Assembly (NCBI GenBank): GCA_043228905.1
Contig: JBHGNT010000029.1
Span: 62,001 to 126,000 of the forward strand
DNA: 64,000 nt
Source: Azolla caroliniana
Lineage: Eukaryota > Plantae > Polypodiophyta
Direction of reading: 5' to 3'
In this document: positions 44,801 to 59,800 of the stretch, piece after piece
Layout: every line of letters starts with the position of its first letter
Position numbering within the stretch: the first letter of the stretch is position 1
The notes under the pieces: model-generated
Databases searched by the model: none
The model's input: the letters and a program-made list of their open reading frames with translations, nothing else
What the model was told of the DNA's origin: nothing
Program-made: the position numbers and the translations under genes

Positions 44801-47800
44801 AATTTTAATTTACTGATGCGCTCTTCTCAACTCCCTCCTCTAATTTACTAATTTCATCATGTCTCTCGACCTGAGTTTCAAAATCTGGATTTTCTAATTC
44901 CATAACATAGCTAGTGTTGTTAGTTTCGATTCGCATGTTTGAACACTAAAATCCGATATCACACGAGCCAGGTATGACAATTTTAATTTACTGACGCACT
45001 CTTCTCAACTTTCTCCTCTAATTTTCTAATTCCTTCATGTCTCTCGACCTGAGTTTCAAAATCTTGATTCTCTAATTCCATATCATAGCTAGTGTTGTTA
45101 GCTTCAATTCGCATCTTTGAACACTAAAATCGGATATCACACGAGCCAGGTATGAACATTTTAATTTACTCCCGCGCTCTACTCAACTCCCTCCTCAAAT
45201 TTGGTAATTTCTTCATGTCGCTCGACCTAAGTTTGAAAATCTTGATTTTTGAATTCCATATCATAGCTAGTGTTAGGAGCTTCGATTTGCATGTTTGAAC
45301 ACAACAAACATATATCACACGAGCCAGGTATGAACATTTTAATTTACTCACGCGCTCTTTTCAACTCCCTCCTCTAATTTACTAATTTCATCATGTGTCT
45401 CGACCTGAGTTACAAAATCTGTATTTTCTAATTCCATATCATAGCTAGTGTTGTTAGCTTCGATTCGCATGTTTGAACACTAAAATCCGATTTCACACGA
45501 GCCAGGTATGACAATTTTAATTTACTGACGCGTTCTTTTCAACTCCCTCCTCTAATTTACTAATTTCTTCATGACTCTCGACCTGAGATTCAAAATCTTG
45601 ATTTTCTAATTCCATATCATAGCTAGTGTTGTTAGCTTCGATTCGCATGTTTGAAAACAAAAATAGGATATCACAGGAGCCAGGTATGACAATTTTAATT
45701 TACTCACGCGCTCTTCTCAACTCCCTCCTCTAATTTACTAATTTCTTCATGTCTCTCGACCTGAGTTTCAAAATCTTGATTTTCTAATTCCATATCATAG
45801 GTAGTGTTGTTAGCTTCGATTCGCATGTTTGAACACAAAATCCCGATATCACACGAGCCAGGAATGACATTTTAATTTACTGACGCGCTCTTCTCAACTT
45901 CCTCCTCAAATTTACTAATTTCTTCATGTCTCGCTACCTGAGTTTCAAAATCTTGATTTTCTAATTCCATATCATAGCTAGTGTTATTAGCTTCGATTCG
46001 CATCTTTGAACACTAAAATCCGATATCACACGAGCCAGGTATGACAATTTTAATTTACTCACGCGCTCTTCTCAACTCCCTCCTCTAATTTACTAATTTC
46101 TTCATGTCTCTGGACCTGAGTTTCAAAATCTTGATTTTCTAATTCCATATCATAGCTATTGTTGTTAGCTTCGATACACACGTTTGAACACTAAAATCCG
46201 ATTTCACACGAACCACGTATGACAATTTTAATTTACTCACACGCTTTTCTAAACTCCCTCCTCAAATTTGGTAATTTCTTCATGTCTCTCGACCTGAGTT
46301 TCAAAATCTTGATTTTCTAATTCCATATCGTAGCTAGTGTTGTTAGTTTCGATTCGCGTGATGGAACACTAAGATCGGATATCACACGAGCCAGGTCTGA
46401 CAATTTTAATTTACTCACGCGCTCTTTTCAACTCCCTCCTGTAATTTACTAATTTCTTCATGTCTCTCGACCTAAGTTTGAAAATCTTGATTTTCTAATT
46501 CCATATCATGGGTAGTGTTGTTAGCTTCGATTCGCATGTTTGAACACAAAATCCCGATATCAGACGAGCCAGGTATGACATTTTAATTTACTGACGTGCT
46601 CTTCTTACCTCCCTCCTCTAATTTACTAATTTCATCATGTCTCTCGATCTGAGTTTCAAAATCTTGATTTTCTAATTCCATATCATAGCTAGTGTTGTTA
46701 GATTCGATTCCCATGATGCAACACTAAAATCGGATATCACACGAGCCAGGTATGAACATTTTAATTTACTCACGCGCTCTTCTCAACTCCCTCCTCAAAA
46801 TTACTAATTTCTTCATGTCTCTCGAGCTGAGTTTCAAAATCTTGATTTTCTAATTCCAAATCATAGCTAGTGTTTGAACACTAAAATCCGATATCACACG
46901 AGCCACGTATGACATGTTTGAACACAAAAATCATAGCTAGTGTTGTTAGCTTCGATTTACATGTTTGAACAGTAAAATCCGATATCACACGAGCCAGGTA
47001 TGACAATTTTAATTTACTCACGCGCTCTTCTCAACTTTCTCCTCTAATTTTCTAATTTCTTCATGTCTCTCGACCTGAATTTGAGAATCTTGATTTTCTA
47101 ATTCCATATCGTAGCTAGTGTGTTTAGCTTCGATTCGCATGTTTGAACACAAAAATACGATATCACACGAGCCAGGTATGAACATTTTAATTTACTCCCG
47201 CGCTCTTCTCAACTTTCTTCTCTCATTTTCTAATTTCTTCATGTCTCTCGACCTGAGTTTCAAAATCTTGATTTTCTAATTCCATATTATAGCTAGAGTT
47301 GTTAGCTTCGATTCGCATGATGGAACACTAAAATCGGAAATCACACGAGCCAGGTATGACAATTTTAATTTACTCACGCGCTCTTCTCAACTCCCTCCTC
47401 AAATTTGGTAATTTCTTCATGTCTCTCGACCTGAGTTTCAAAATCTGTATTTACTAATTCCATATCATAGGTAGTGCTGTTAGCTTCGATTTGCATGTTT
47501 GAACACAATAAACCGATATCACACGAGCCAGGTATGAACATTTTAATTTAATGACGCAATCTTCTCAACTCCCTCCTCTAATTTACTAATTTCATCATGT
47601 CTCTCGACCTGAGTTTCAAAATCTGTATTTTCTAATTCCATATCATAGCTAGTTTTGTTAGCTTCGATTCGCATCTTTGAACACTAAAATCCGATATCAC
47701 ACGAGCCAGGTATGACAATTTTAATTTACTAACGCGCTCTTCTCAACTTTCTCCTCTAATTTACTAATTCTGTCATGTCTCTCGACCTGAGTTTCAAAAT

Positions 47801-50800
47801 CTTGATTTTCTAATTCCATATCATAGCTAGTGTTGTTTGCTTCGATTCGCATCTTTGAACACTAAAATCGGATATCACACGAGACAGGTATGAACATTTT
47901 AATTTACTCCCGCGCTCTTCTCAACTTTCTTCTCTAATTTTCTAATTTCTTCATGTCTCTCGACCTGAGTTTCAAAATCTTGATTTTTTAATTCCATATT
48001 ATAGCTAGTGCTGTTAGCTTCGATTTGCATCTTTGAACACTAAAATCCGATATCACACGAGCCAGGTATGACAGTTTTAATTTACTAACACGCTCTTGTC
48101 AACTCCCTCCTCTAATTTACTAATTTCATCATGTTTCTCGACCTGAGTTTCAAAATCTGTATTTTCGAATTTCATATCATAGCTAGTGTTGTTAGCTTCG
48201 ATTCGCATTTTTGAACACAACAATCCGATATCACACGAGCCAGGTATGAACATTTTAATTTACTCACGCGCTCTTTTCAACTCCCTCCTCTAATTTACTA
48301 ATTTCTTTATGTCTCTTGACCTGAGTTTCAAAATCTTGATTTTCTAATTCGATATCATAGTTAGTGTTGTTAGCTTCGATTCGCATGTTTGAACACAAAA
48401 ATCCGATATCACACGAGCCACGTATGACAATTTTAATTTACTGACGCGCTCTTCTCAACTTTCTCCTCTAATTTACTAATTCCTTCATGTCTCTCGACCT
48501 GAGTTTCAAAATCTTGATTTTCTAATTCCATATCATAGCTAGTGTTGTTAGCTTCGATTCGCATCTTTGAACACTAAAATCGGATATCACACGAGCCAGG
48601 TATGAACATTTTAATTTACTCACGCGCTCTTCTCAATTCCCTCCTCAAATTTGCTAATTTCTTCATGTCTCTCGGCCTGAGTTTGAAAATCTTGATTTTC
48701 TAATTCCATATCATAACTAGTGTTGTTAGCTTCGATTTGCATCTTTGAACACTAAAATCCGATATCACACGAGCCAGGTATGACAATTTTAATTTACTCA
48801 CGCGCTCTTCTCAACTTTCTCCTCAAATTTGGTAATTTCTTCATGTCTCTCGACCTGAGTTTCAAAATCTTGATTTTCTAATTCCATATCATAGGTAGTG
48901 TTGTTAGCTTCGATTCGCATGTTTGAACACAAGAATCCGATATCACACGAGCCAGATATGAACATTTTAATTTACTGACGCGCTCTTTTCAACTTCCTCC
49001 TCTACTTTACTAATTTCTTCATGTCTCTTGACCTGAATTTCAAAATCTTGATTTTCTAATTCCATATTATAGCTAGTGTTGTTAGCTTCGATTCGCATGT
49101 TTGAACACTAAAATCCGATATCACACGAGCCAGTTATGACAATTTTAATTTACTCACGCGCTCTTCTCAACTCCCTCCTCTAATTTACTAATTTCTTCAT
49201 GTCTCTCGACCTGAGTTTCAAAATCTTGATTTTCTAAGTCCATATCATAGGTACTGTTTTTAGCTTTGATTCGCATGTTTGAACACAAAAATAGGATATC
49301 ACACGAGCCAGGTATGACAATTTTAATTTACTCACGCGCTCTTCTCAACTCCCTCCTCTAATTTACTAATTTCTACATGTCTGTGTACCTGAGTTTCAAA
49401 ATCTGGATTTTTTAAGTCCATATCATAGCTAGTGTTGTTAGCTTCGATTCTCATTTTTGAACACAACAATCCGATATCACACGAGCCAGGTATGACAATT
49501 TTAATTTACTGACGCAATATTCTCAACTCCCTCCTCTAATTTACTAATTTCATCATGCCTCTCGACCTGAGTTTCAAAATCTGTATTTTCTAATTCCATA
49601 TCATAGCTAGTGTTATTAGCTTCGATTCGCATCTTTGAACACTAAAATCCGATATCACACGAGCCAGGTATGACAATTTTAATTTACTAACGCGCTCTTC
49701 TCAACTTTCTCCTCTAATTTACTAATTCTTTCATGTCTCTCGACCTGAGTTTCAAAATCTTGATTTTCTAATTCCATATCATAGCTAGTGTTGTTTGCTT
49801 CGATTCGCATCTTTGAACACTAAAATCGGATATCACACGAGCCAGGTATGAACATTTTAATTTACTCCCGCGCTCTTCTCAACTTTCTTCTCTAATTTTC
49901 TAATTTCTTCATGTCTCTCGACCTGAGTTTCAAAATCTTGATTTTTTAATTCCATATTATAGCTAGTGCTGTTAGCTTCGATTTGCATCTTTGAACACTA
50001 AAATCCGATATCACACGAGCCAGGTATGACAGTTTTAATTTACTAACACGCTCTTGTCAACTCCCTCCTCTAATTTACTAATTTCATCATGTTTCTCGAC
50101 CTGAGTTTCAAAATCTGTATTTTCGAATTTCATATCATAGCTAGTGTTGTTAGCTTCGATTCGCATTTTTGAACACAACAATCCGATATCACACGAGCCA
50201 GGTATGAACATTTTAATTTACTCACGCGCTCTTTTCAACTCCCTCCTCTAATTTACTAATTTCTTTATGTCTCTTGACCTGAGTTTCAAAATCTTGATTT
50301 TCTAATTCCATATCATAGTTAGTGTTGTTAGCTTCGATTCGCATGTTTGAACACAAAAATCCGATATCACACGAGCCACGTATGACAATTTTAATTTACT
50401 GACGCGCTCTTCTCAACTTTCTCCTCTAATTTACTAATTCCTTCATGTCTCTCGACCTGAGTTTCAAAATCTTGATTTTCTAATTCCATATCATAGCTAG
50501 TGTTGTTAGCTTCGATTCGCATCTTTGAACACTAAAATCGGATATCACACGAGCCAGGTATGAACATTTTAATTTACTCACGCGCTCTTCTCAATTCCCT
50601 CCTCAAATTTGCTAATTTCTTCATGTCTCTCGGCCTGAGTTTGAAAATCTTGATTTTTTAATTCCATATCATAACTAGTGTTGTTAGCTTCGATTTGCAT
50701 CTTTGAACACTAAAATCCGATATCACACGAGCCAGGTATGACAATTTTAATTTACTCACGCGCTCTTCTCAACTTTCTCCTCAAATTTGGTAATTTCTTC

Positions 50801-53800
50801 ATGTCTCTCGACCTGAGTTTCAAAATCTTGATTTTCTAATTCCATATCATAGCTAGTGTTGTTAGCTTCGATTCGCATCTTTGAACATTAAAATCGGATT
50901 TCACACGAGCCAGGTATGAACATTTTAATTTACTCACGCGCTCTTCTCAATTCCCTCCTCAAATTTGCTAATTTCTTCATGTCTCTCGGCCTGAGTTTGA
51001 AAATCTTGATTTTTTAATTCCATATCATAACTAGTGTTGTTAGCTTCGATTTGCATCTTTGAACACTAAAAGCCGATATCACACGAGCCAGGTATGACAA
51101 TTTTAATTTACTCACGCGCTCTTCTCAACTTTCTCCTCAAATTTGGTAATTTCTTCATGTCTCTCGACCTGAGTTTCAAAATCTTGATTTTCTAATTCCA
51201 TATCATAGGTAGTGTTGTTAGCTTCGATTCGCATGTTTGAACACAAGAATCCGATATCACACGAGCCAGGTATGAACATTTTAATTTACTGACGCGCTCT
51301 TTTCAACTTCCTCCTCTACTTTACTAATTTCTTCATGTCTCTTGACCTGAATTTCAAAATCTTGATTTTCTAATTCCATATTATAGCTAGTGTTGTTAGC
51401 TTCGATTCGCATGTTTGAACACTAAAATCCGATATCACACGAGCCAGTTATGACAATTTTAATTTACTCACGCGCTCTTCTCAACTCCCTCCTCTAATTT
51501 ACTAATTTCTTCATGTCTCTCGACCTGAGTTTCAAAATCTTGATTTTCTAAGTCCATATCATAGGTACTGTTTTTAGCTTTGATTCGCATGTTTGAACAC
51601 AAAAATAGGATATCACACGAGCCAGGTATGACAATTTTAATTTACTCACGCGCTCTTCTCAACTCCCTCCTCTAATTTACTAATTTCTACATGTCTGTGT
51701 ACCTGAGTTTCAAAATCTGGATTTTTTAAGTCCATATCATAGCTAGTGTTGTTAGCTTCGATTCTCATTTTTGAACACAACAATCCGATATCACACGAGC
51801 CAGGTATGACAATTTTAATTTACTGACGCAATATTCTCAACTCCCTCCTCTAATTTACTAATTTCATCATGTCTCTCGACCTGAGTTTCAAAATCTGTAT
51901 TTTCTAATTCCATATCATAGCTAGTGTTATTAGCTTCGATTCGCATCTTTGAACACTAAAATCCGATATCACACGAGCCAGGTATGACAATTTTAATTTA
52001 CTAACGCGCTCTTCTCAACTTTCTCCTCTAATTTACTAATTCTTTCATGTCTCTCGACCTGAGTTTCAAAATCTTGATTTTCTAATTCCATATCATAGCT
52101 AGTGTTGTTTGCTTCGATTCGCATCTTTGAACACTAAAATCGGATATCACACGAGCCAGGTATGAACATTTTAATTTACTCCCGCGCTCTTCTCAACTTT
52201 CTTCTCTAATTTTCTAATTTCTTCATGTCTCTCGACCTGAGTTTCAAAATCTTGATTTTTTAATTCCATATTATAGCTAGTGCTGTTAGCTTCGATTTGC
52301 ATCTTTGAACACTAAAATCCGATATCACACGAGCCAGGTATGACAGTTTTAATTTACTAACACGCTCTTGTCAACTCACTCCTCTACTTTACTAATTTCA
52401 TCATGTTTCTCGACCTGAGTTTCAAAATCTGTATTTTCGAATTTCATATCATAGCTAGTGTTGTTAGCTTCGATTCGCATTTTTGAACACAACAATCCGA
52501 TATCACACGAGCCAGGTATGAACATTTTAATTTACTCACGCGCTCTTTTCAACTCCCTCCTCTAATTTACTAATTTCTTTATGTCTCTTGACCTGAGTTT
52601 CAAAATCTTGATTTTCTAATTCCATATCATAGTTAGTGTTGTTAGCTTCGATTCGCATGTTTGAACACAAAAATCCGATATCACACGAGCCACGTATGAC
52701 AATTTTAATTTACTGACGCGCTCTTCTCAACTTTCTCCTCTAATTTACTAATTCCTTCATGTCTCTCGACCTGAGTTTCAAAATCTTGATTTTCTAATTC
52801 CATATCATAGCTAGTGTTGTTAGCTTCGATTCGCATCTTTGAACACTAAAATCGGATATCACACGAGCCAGGTATGAACATTTTAATTTACTCACGCGCT
52901 CTTCTCAATTCCCTCCTCAAATTTGCTAATTTCTTCATGTCTCTCGGCCTGAGTTTGAAAATCTTGATTTTTTAATTCCATATCATAACTAGTGTTGTTA
53001 GCTTCGATTTGCATCTTTGAACACTAAAATCCGATATCACACGAGCCAGGTATGACAATTTTAATTTACTCACGCGCTCTTCTCAACTTTCTCCTCAAAT
53101 TTGGTAATTTCTTCATGTCTCTCGACCTGAGTTTCAAAATCTTGATTTTCTAATTCCATATCATAGCTAGTGTTGTTAGCTTCGATTCGCATCTTTGAAC
53201 ACTAAAATCGGATATCACACGAGCCAGGTATGAACATTTTAATTTACTCACGCGCTCTTCTCAATTCCCTCCTCAAATTTGCTAATTTCTTCATGTCTCT
53301 CGGCCTGAGTTTGAAAATCTTGATTTTTTAATTCCATATCATAACTAGTGTTGTTAGCTTCGATTTGCATCTTTGAACACTAAAAGCCGATATCACACGA
53401 GCCAGGTATGACAATTTTAATTTACTCACGCGCTCTTCTCAACTTTCTCCTCAAATTTGGTAATTTCTTCATGTCTCTCGACCTGAGTTTCAAAATCTTG
53501 ATTTTCTAATTCCATATCATAGGTAGTGTTGTTAGCTTCGATTCGCATGTTTGAACACAAGAATCCGATATCACACGAGCCAGGTATGAACATTTTAATT
53601 TACTGACGCGCTCTTTTCAACTTCCTCCTCTACTTTACTAATTTCTTCATGTCTCTTGACCTGAATTTCAAAATCTTGATTTTCTAATTCCATATTATAG
53701 CTAGTGTTGTTAGCTTCGATTCGCATGTTTGAACACTAAAATCCGATATCACACGAGCCAGTTATGACAATTTTAATTTACTCACGCGCTCTTCTCAACT

Positions 53801-56800
53801 CCCTCCTCTAATTTACTAATTTCTTCATGTCTCTCGACCTGAGTTTCAAAATCTTGATTTTCTAAGTCCATATCATAGGTACTGTTTTTAGCTTTGATTC
53901 GCATGTTTGAACACAAAAATAGGATATCACACGAGCCAGGTATGACAATTTTAATTTACTCACGCGCTCTTCTCAACTCCCTCCTCTAATTTACTAATTT
54001 CTACATGTCTGTGTACCTGAGTTTCAAAATCTGGATTTTTTAAGTCCATATCATAGCTAGTGTTGTTAGCTTCGATTCTCATTTTTGAACACAACAATCC
54101 GATATCACACGAGCCAGGTATGACAATTTTAATTTACTGACGCAATATTCTCAACTCCCTCCTCTAATTTACTAATTTCATCATGTCTCTCGACCTGAGT
54201 TTCAAAATCTGTATTTTCTAATTCCATATCATAGCTAGTGTTATTAGCTTCGATTCGCATCTTTGAACACTAAAATCCGATATCACACGAGCCAGGTATG
54301 ACAATTTTAATTTACTAACGCGCTCTTCTCAACTTTCTCCTCTAATTTACTAATTCTTTCATGTCTCTCGACCTGAGTTTCAAAATCTTGATTTTCTAAT
54401 TCCATATCATAGCTAGTGTTGTTTGCTTCGATTCGCATCTTTGAACACTAAAATCGGATATCACACGAGCCAGGTATGAACATTTTAATTTACTCCCGCG
54501 CTCTTCTCAACTTTCTTCTCTAATTTTCTAATTTCTTCATGTCTCTCGACCTGAGTTTCAAAATCTTGATTTTTTAATTCCATATTATAGCTAGTGCTGT
54601 TAGCTTCGATTTGCATCTTTGAACACTAAAATCCGATATCACACGAGCCAGGTATGACAGTTTTAATTTACTAACACGCTCTTGTCAACTCCCTCCTCTA
54701 ATTTACTAATTTCATCATGTTTCTCGACCTGAGTTTCAAAATCTGTATTTTCGAATTTCATATCATAGCTAGTGTTGTTAGCTTCGATTCGCATTTTTGA
54801 ACACAACAATCCGATATCACACGAGCCAGGTATGAACATTTTAATTTACTCACGCGCTCTTTTCAACTCCCTCCTCTAATTTACTAATTTCTTTATGTCT
54901 CTTGACCTGAGTTTCAAAATCTTGATTTTCTAGATCCATATCATAGTTAGTGTTGTTAGCTTCGATTCGCATGTTTGAACACAAAAATCCGATATCACAC
55001 GAGCCACGTATGACAATTTTAATTTACTGACGCGCTCTTCTCAACTTTCTCCTCTAATTTACTAATTCCTTCATGTCTCTCGACCTGAGTTTCAAAATCT
55101 TGATTTTCTAATTCCATATCATAGCTAGTGTTGTTAGCTTCGATTCGCATCTTGGAACACTAAAATCGGATATCACACGAGCCAGGTATGAACATTTTAA
55201 TTTACTCACGCGCTCTTCTCAATTCCCTCCTCAAATTTGCTAATTTCTTCATGTCTCTCGGCCTGAGTTTGAAAATCTTGATTTTTTAATTCCATATCAT
55301 AACTAGTGTTGTTAGCTTCGATTTGCATCTTTGAACACTAAAATCCGATATCACACGAGCCAGGTATGACAATTTTAATTTACTCACGCGCTCTTCTCAA
55401 CTTTCTCCTCAAATTTGGTAATTTCTTCATGTCTCTCGACCTGAGTTTCAAAATCTTGATTTTCTAATTCCATATCATAGCTAGTGTTGTTAGCTTCGAT
55501 TCGCATCTTTGAACATTAAAATCGGATATCACACGAGCCAGGTATGAACATTTTAATTTACTCACGCGCTCTTCTCAATTCCCTCCTCAAATTTGCTAAT
55601 TTCTTCATGTCTCTCGGCCTGAGTTTGAAAATCTTGATTTTTTAATTCCATATCATAACTAGTGTTGTTAGCTTCGATTTGCATCTTTGAACACTAAAAG
55701 CCGATATCACACGAGCCAGGTATGACAATTTTAATTTACTCACGCGCTCTTCTCAACTTTCTCCTCAAATTTGGTAATTTCTTCATGTCTCTCGACCTGA
55801 GTTTCAAAATCTTGATTTTCTAATTCCATATCATAGGTAGTGTTGTTAGCTTCGATTCGCATGTTTGAACACAAGAATCCGATATCACACGAGCCAGGTA
55901 TGAACATTTTAATTTACTGACGCGCTCTTTTCAACTTCCTCCTCTACTTTACTAATTTCTTCATGTCTCTTGACCTGAATTTCAAAATCTTGATTTTCTA
56001 ATTCCATATTATAGCTAGTGTTGTTAGCTTCGATTCGCATGTTTGAACACTAAAATCCGATATCACACGAGCCAGTTATGACAATTTTAATTTACTCACG
56101 CGCTCTTCTCAACTCCCTCCTCTAATTTACTAATTTCTTCATGTCTCTCGACCTGAGTTTCAAAATCTTGATTTTCTAAGTCCATATCATAGGTACTGTT
56201 TTTAGCTTTGATTCGCATGTTTGAACACAAAAATAGGATATCACACGAGCCAGGTATGACAATTTTAATTTACTCACGCGCTCTTCTCAACTCCCTCCTC
56301 TAATTTACTAATTTCTACATGTCTGTGTACCTGAGTTTCAAAATCTGGATTTTTTAAGTCCATATCATAGCTAGTGTTGTTAGCTTCGATTCTCATTTTT
56401 GAACACAACAATCCGATATCACACGAGCCAGGTATGACAATTTTAATTTACTGACGCAATATTCTCAACTCCCTCCTCTAATTTACTAATTTCATCATGT
56501 CTCTCGACCTGAGTTTCAAAATCTGTATTTTCTAATTCCATATCATAGCTAGTGTTATTAGCTTCGATTCGCATCTTTGAACACTAAAATCCGATATCAC
56601 ACGAGCCAGGTATGACAATTTTAATTTACTAACGCGCTCTTCTCAACTTTCTCCTCTAATTTACTAATTCTTTCATGTCTCTCGACCTGAGTTTCAAAAT
56701 CTTGATTTTCTAATTCCATATCATAGCTAGTGTTGTTTGCTTCGATTCGCATCTTTGAACACTAAAATCGGATATCACACGAGCCAGGTATGAACATTTT

Positions 56801-59800
56801 AATTTACTCCCGCGCTCTTCTCAACTTTCTTCTCTAATTTTCTAATTTCTTCATGTCTCTCGACCTGAGTTTCAAAATCTTGATTTTTTAATTCCATATT
56901 ATAGCTAGTGCTGTTAGCTTCGATTTGCATCTTTGAACACTAAAATCCGATATCACACGAGCCAGGTATGACAGTTTTAATTTACTAACACGCTCTTGTC
57001 AACTCCCTCCTCTAATTTACTAATTTCATCATGTTTCTCGACCTGAGTTTCAAAATCTGTATTTTCGAATTTCATATCATAGCTAGTGTTGTTAGCTTCG
57101 ATTCGCATTTTTGAACACAACAATCCGATATCACACGAGCCAGGTATGAACATTTTAATTTACTCACGCGCTCTTTTCAACTCCCTCCTCTAATTTACTA
57201 ATTTCTTCATGTCTCTCGACCTGAGTTTCAAAATCTTGATTTTCTAATTCCATATCATAGTTAGTGTTGTTAGCTTCGATTCGCATGTTTGAACACAAAA
57301 ATCCGATATCACACGAGCCACGTATGACAATTTTAATTTACTGACGCGCTCTTCTCAACTTTCTCCTCTAATTTACTAATTCCTTCATGTCTCTCGACCT
57401 GAGTTTCAAAATCTTGATTTTCTAATTCCATATCATAGCTAGTGTTGTTAGCTTCGATTCGCATCTTTGAACACTAAAATCGGATATCACACGAGCCAGG
57501 TATGAACATTTTAATTTACTCACGCGCTCTTCTCAATTCCCTCCTCAAATTTGCTAATTTCTTCATGTCTCTCGGCCTGAGTTTGAAAATCTTAATTTTT
57601 TAATTCCATATCATAACTAGTGTTGTTAGCTTCGATTTGCATCTTTGAACACTAAAATCCGATATCACACGAGCCAGGTATGACAATTTTAATTTACTCA
57701 CGCGCTCTTCTCAACTTTCTCCTCAAATTTGGTAATTTCTTCATGTCTCTCGACCTGAGTTTGAAAATCTGTATTTTCGAATTCCATATGATAGCTAGTG
57801 TTGTTAGCTTCGATTTGCATCGTTGAACACTAAAATCCGATATCACACGAGCCAGGTATGACAATTTTAATTTAGTGATGCGCTCTTCTCAACTCCCTCC
57901 TCTAATTTACTAATTCCTTCATGTCTCTCGACCTGAGTTTTAAAATCTTGATTTTCTAACTCCATATCATAGCTAGTGTTGTTAGCTTCGATTCACATGT
58001 TTGAACACAAAAATTCAATATCACACGAGCCAGGTATGAATATTTTAATTTACTCACGCGCTCTTCTCAATTCCCTTCTCAAATTTGCTAATTTCTTCAT
58101 GTCTCTCGACCTGAGTTTCAAAATCTTGATTTTCTAATTCCATATCATAGCTAGTGTTGTTAGCTTCGATTCTATTGTTTGAACACAAAAATACAATATC
58201 ACACGAGCCAGGTATGAACATTTTAATTTACTCACGCGCTCTTCTCAATTCCCTCCTCAAATTTGCTAATTTCTTCATGTCTCTCGACCAGAGTTTCAAA
58301 ATTTTGATTTTTTAATTGCATATCATAACTAGTGTTGTTAGCTTCGATTCGCATCTTTGAACACTTCAATCCGATATCACACGAGCTAGGTTTGAACATT
58401 TTAATTTACTCATGCGCTCTTCTCAACTCCCTCCTCTAATTTACTAATTTCTTCATGTCTCTCGACCTGAGTTTCGAAATCTTGATTTTCTAATTCCATA
58501 TCATAGGTAGTGTTGTTAGCTTCGATTCACATGTTTGAACACAAAAATACGATATCACACGAGCCAGGTATGAACATTTTAATTTACTCACGCGCTCTTC
58601 TAATTTCCCTCCTCAAATTTGCTAATTTCTTCATGTCTCTTGACCAGGTATGAACATTTTCATTTACTCACGCGGTCTTCGCATCTCCCTCCTCTACTTT
58701 ACTAATTTCTTCATGTCTCTCGACGTGAGTTTCAAAATCTTGATTTTCTAATTCCAAATCATAGCTACTGTTTTTAGCTTTGATTCGCATGTTTGAACAC
58801 AAAAATAGGATATCACACGAGCCAGGTATGACAATTTTAATTTACTCACGCGCTCTTCTCAACTCCCTCCTCTAATTTACTAATTTCTTCATGTCTGTGT
58901 ACCTGAGTTTCAAAATCTGGATTTTTTAAGTCCATATCATAGCTAGAGTTGTTAGCTTCGATTGACATGATGGAACACTAAAATCCGATATCACACGAGC
59001 CAGGTATGACAATTTTAATTTACTAACATGCTCTTCTCAACTCCCTCCTCTACTTTACTAATTTCATCATGTTTCTCGGCCTGAGTTTCAAAATCTGTAT
59101 TTTCTAATTCCATATCATAGCTAGTGTTGTTAGCATCGATTCGCATGTTTGAACACAAAAATCCGATATCACAAGAGCCACGTATGACAATTTTAATTTA
59201 CTGACGCGCTCTTCTCAACTTTCTCCTCTAATTTTCTAATTTCTTCATGTCTCTCGACCTGAGTTTCAAAATCTTGATTTTCTAATTCCATATCGTAGCT
59301 AGTGTTGTTAGCTTCGATTCGCATGTTTGAACACAACAATCCGATATCACACGAGCCAGGTATGAACATTTTAATTTACTGACGCGCTCTTTTCAACTCC
59401 CTCCTCTAATTTACCAATTTCTTCATGTCTCTTGACCTGAGTTTTAAAATCTTGATTTTCGAATTCCATATCATAGCTAGTGTTGTTAGCTTCGATTCGC
59501 ATTTTTGAACACAACAATCCGATATCACACGAGCCAGGTATGAACATTTTAATTTACTCACGCGCTCTTTTGAACTCCCTCCTCTAATTTACTAATTTCT
59601 TCATGTCTCTCGACGTGAGTTTCAAAATCTTGATTTTCTAATTCCAAATCATAGCTAGTCTTGTTAGCATCGATTCGCATGTTTGAACACAAAAATCCGA
59701 TATCACAAGAGCCACGTATGACAATTTTAATTTACTAACGCGCTCTTCTCAACTCCCTCCTCAAATTTGGTAATTTCTTCATGTCTCTCGACCTGAGTTT

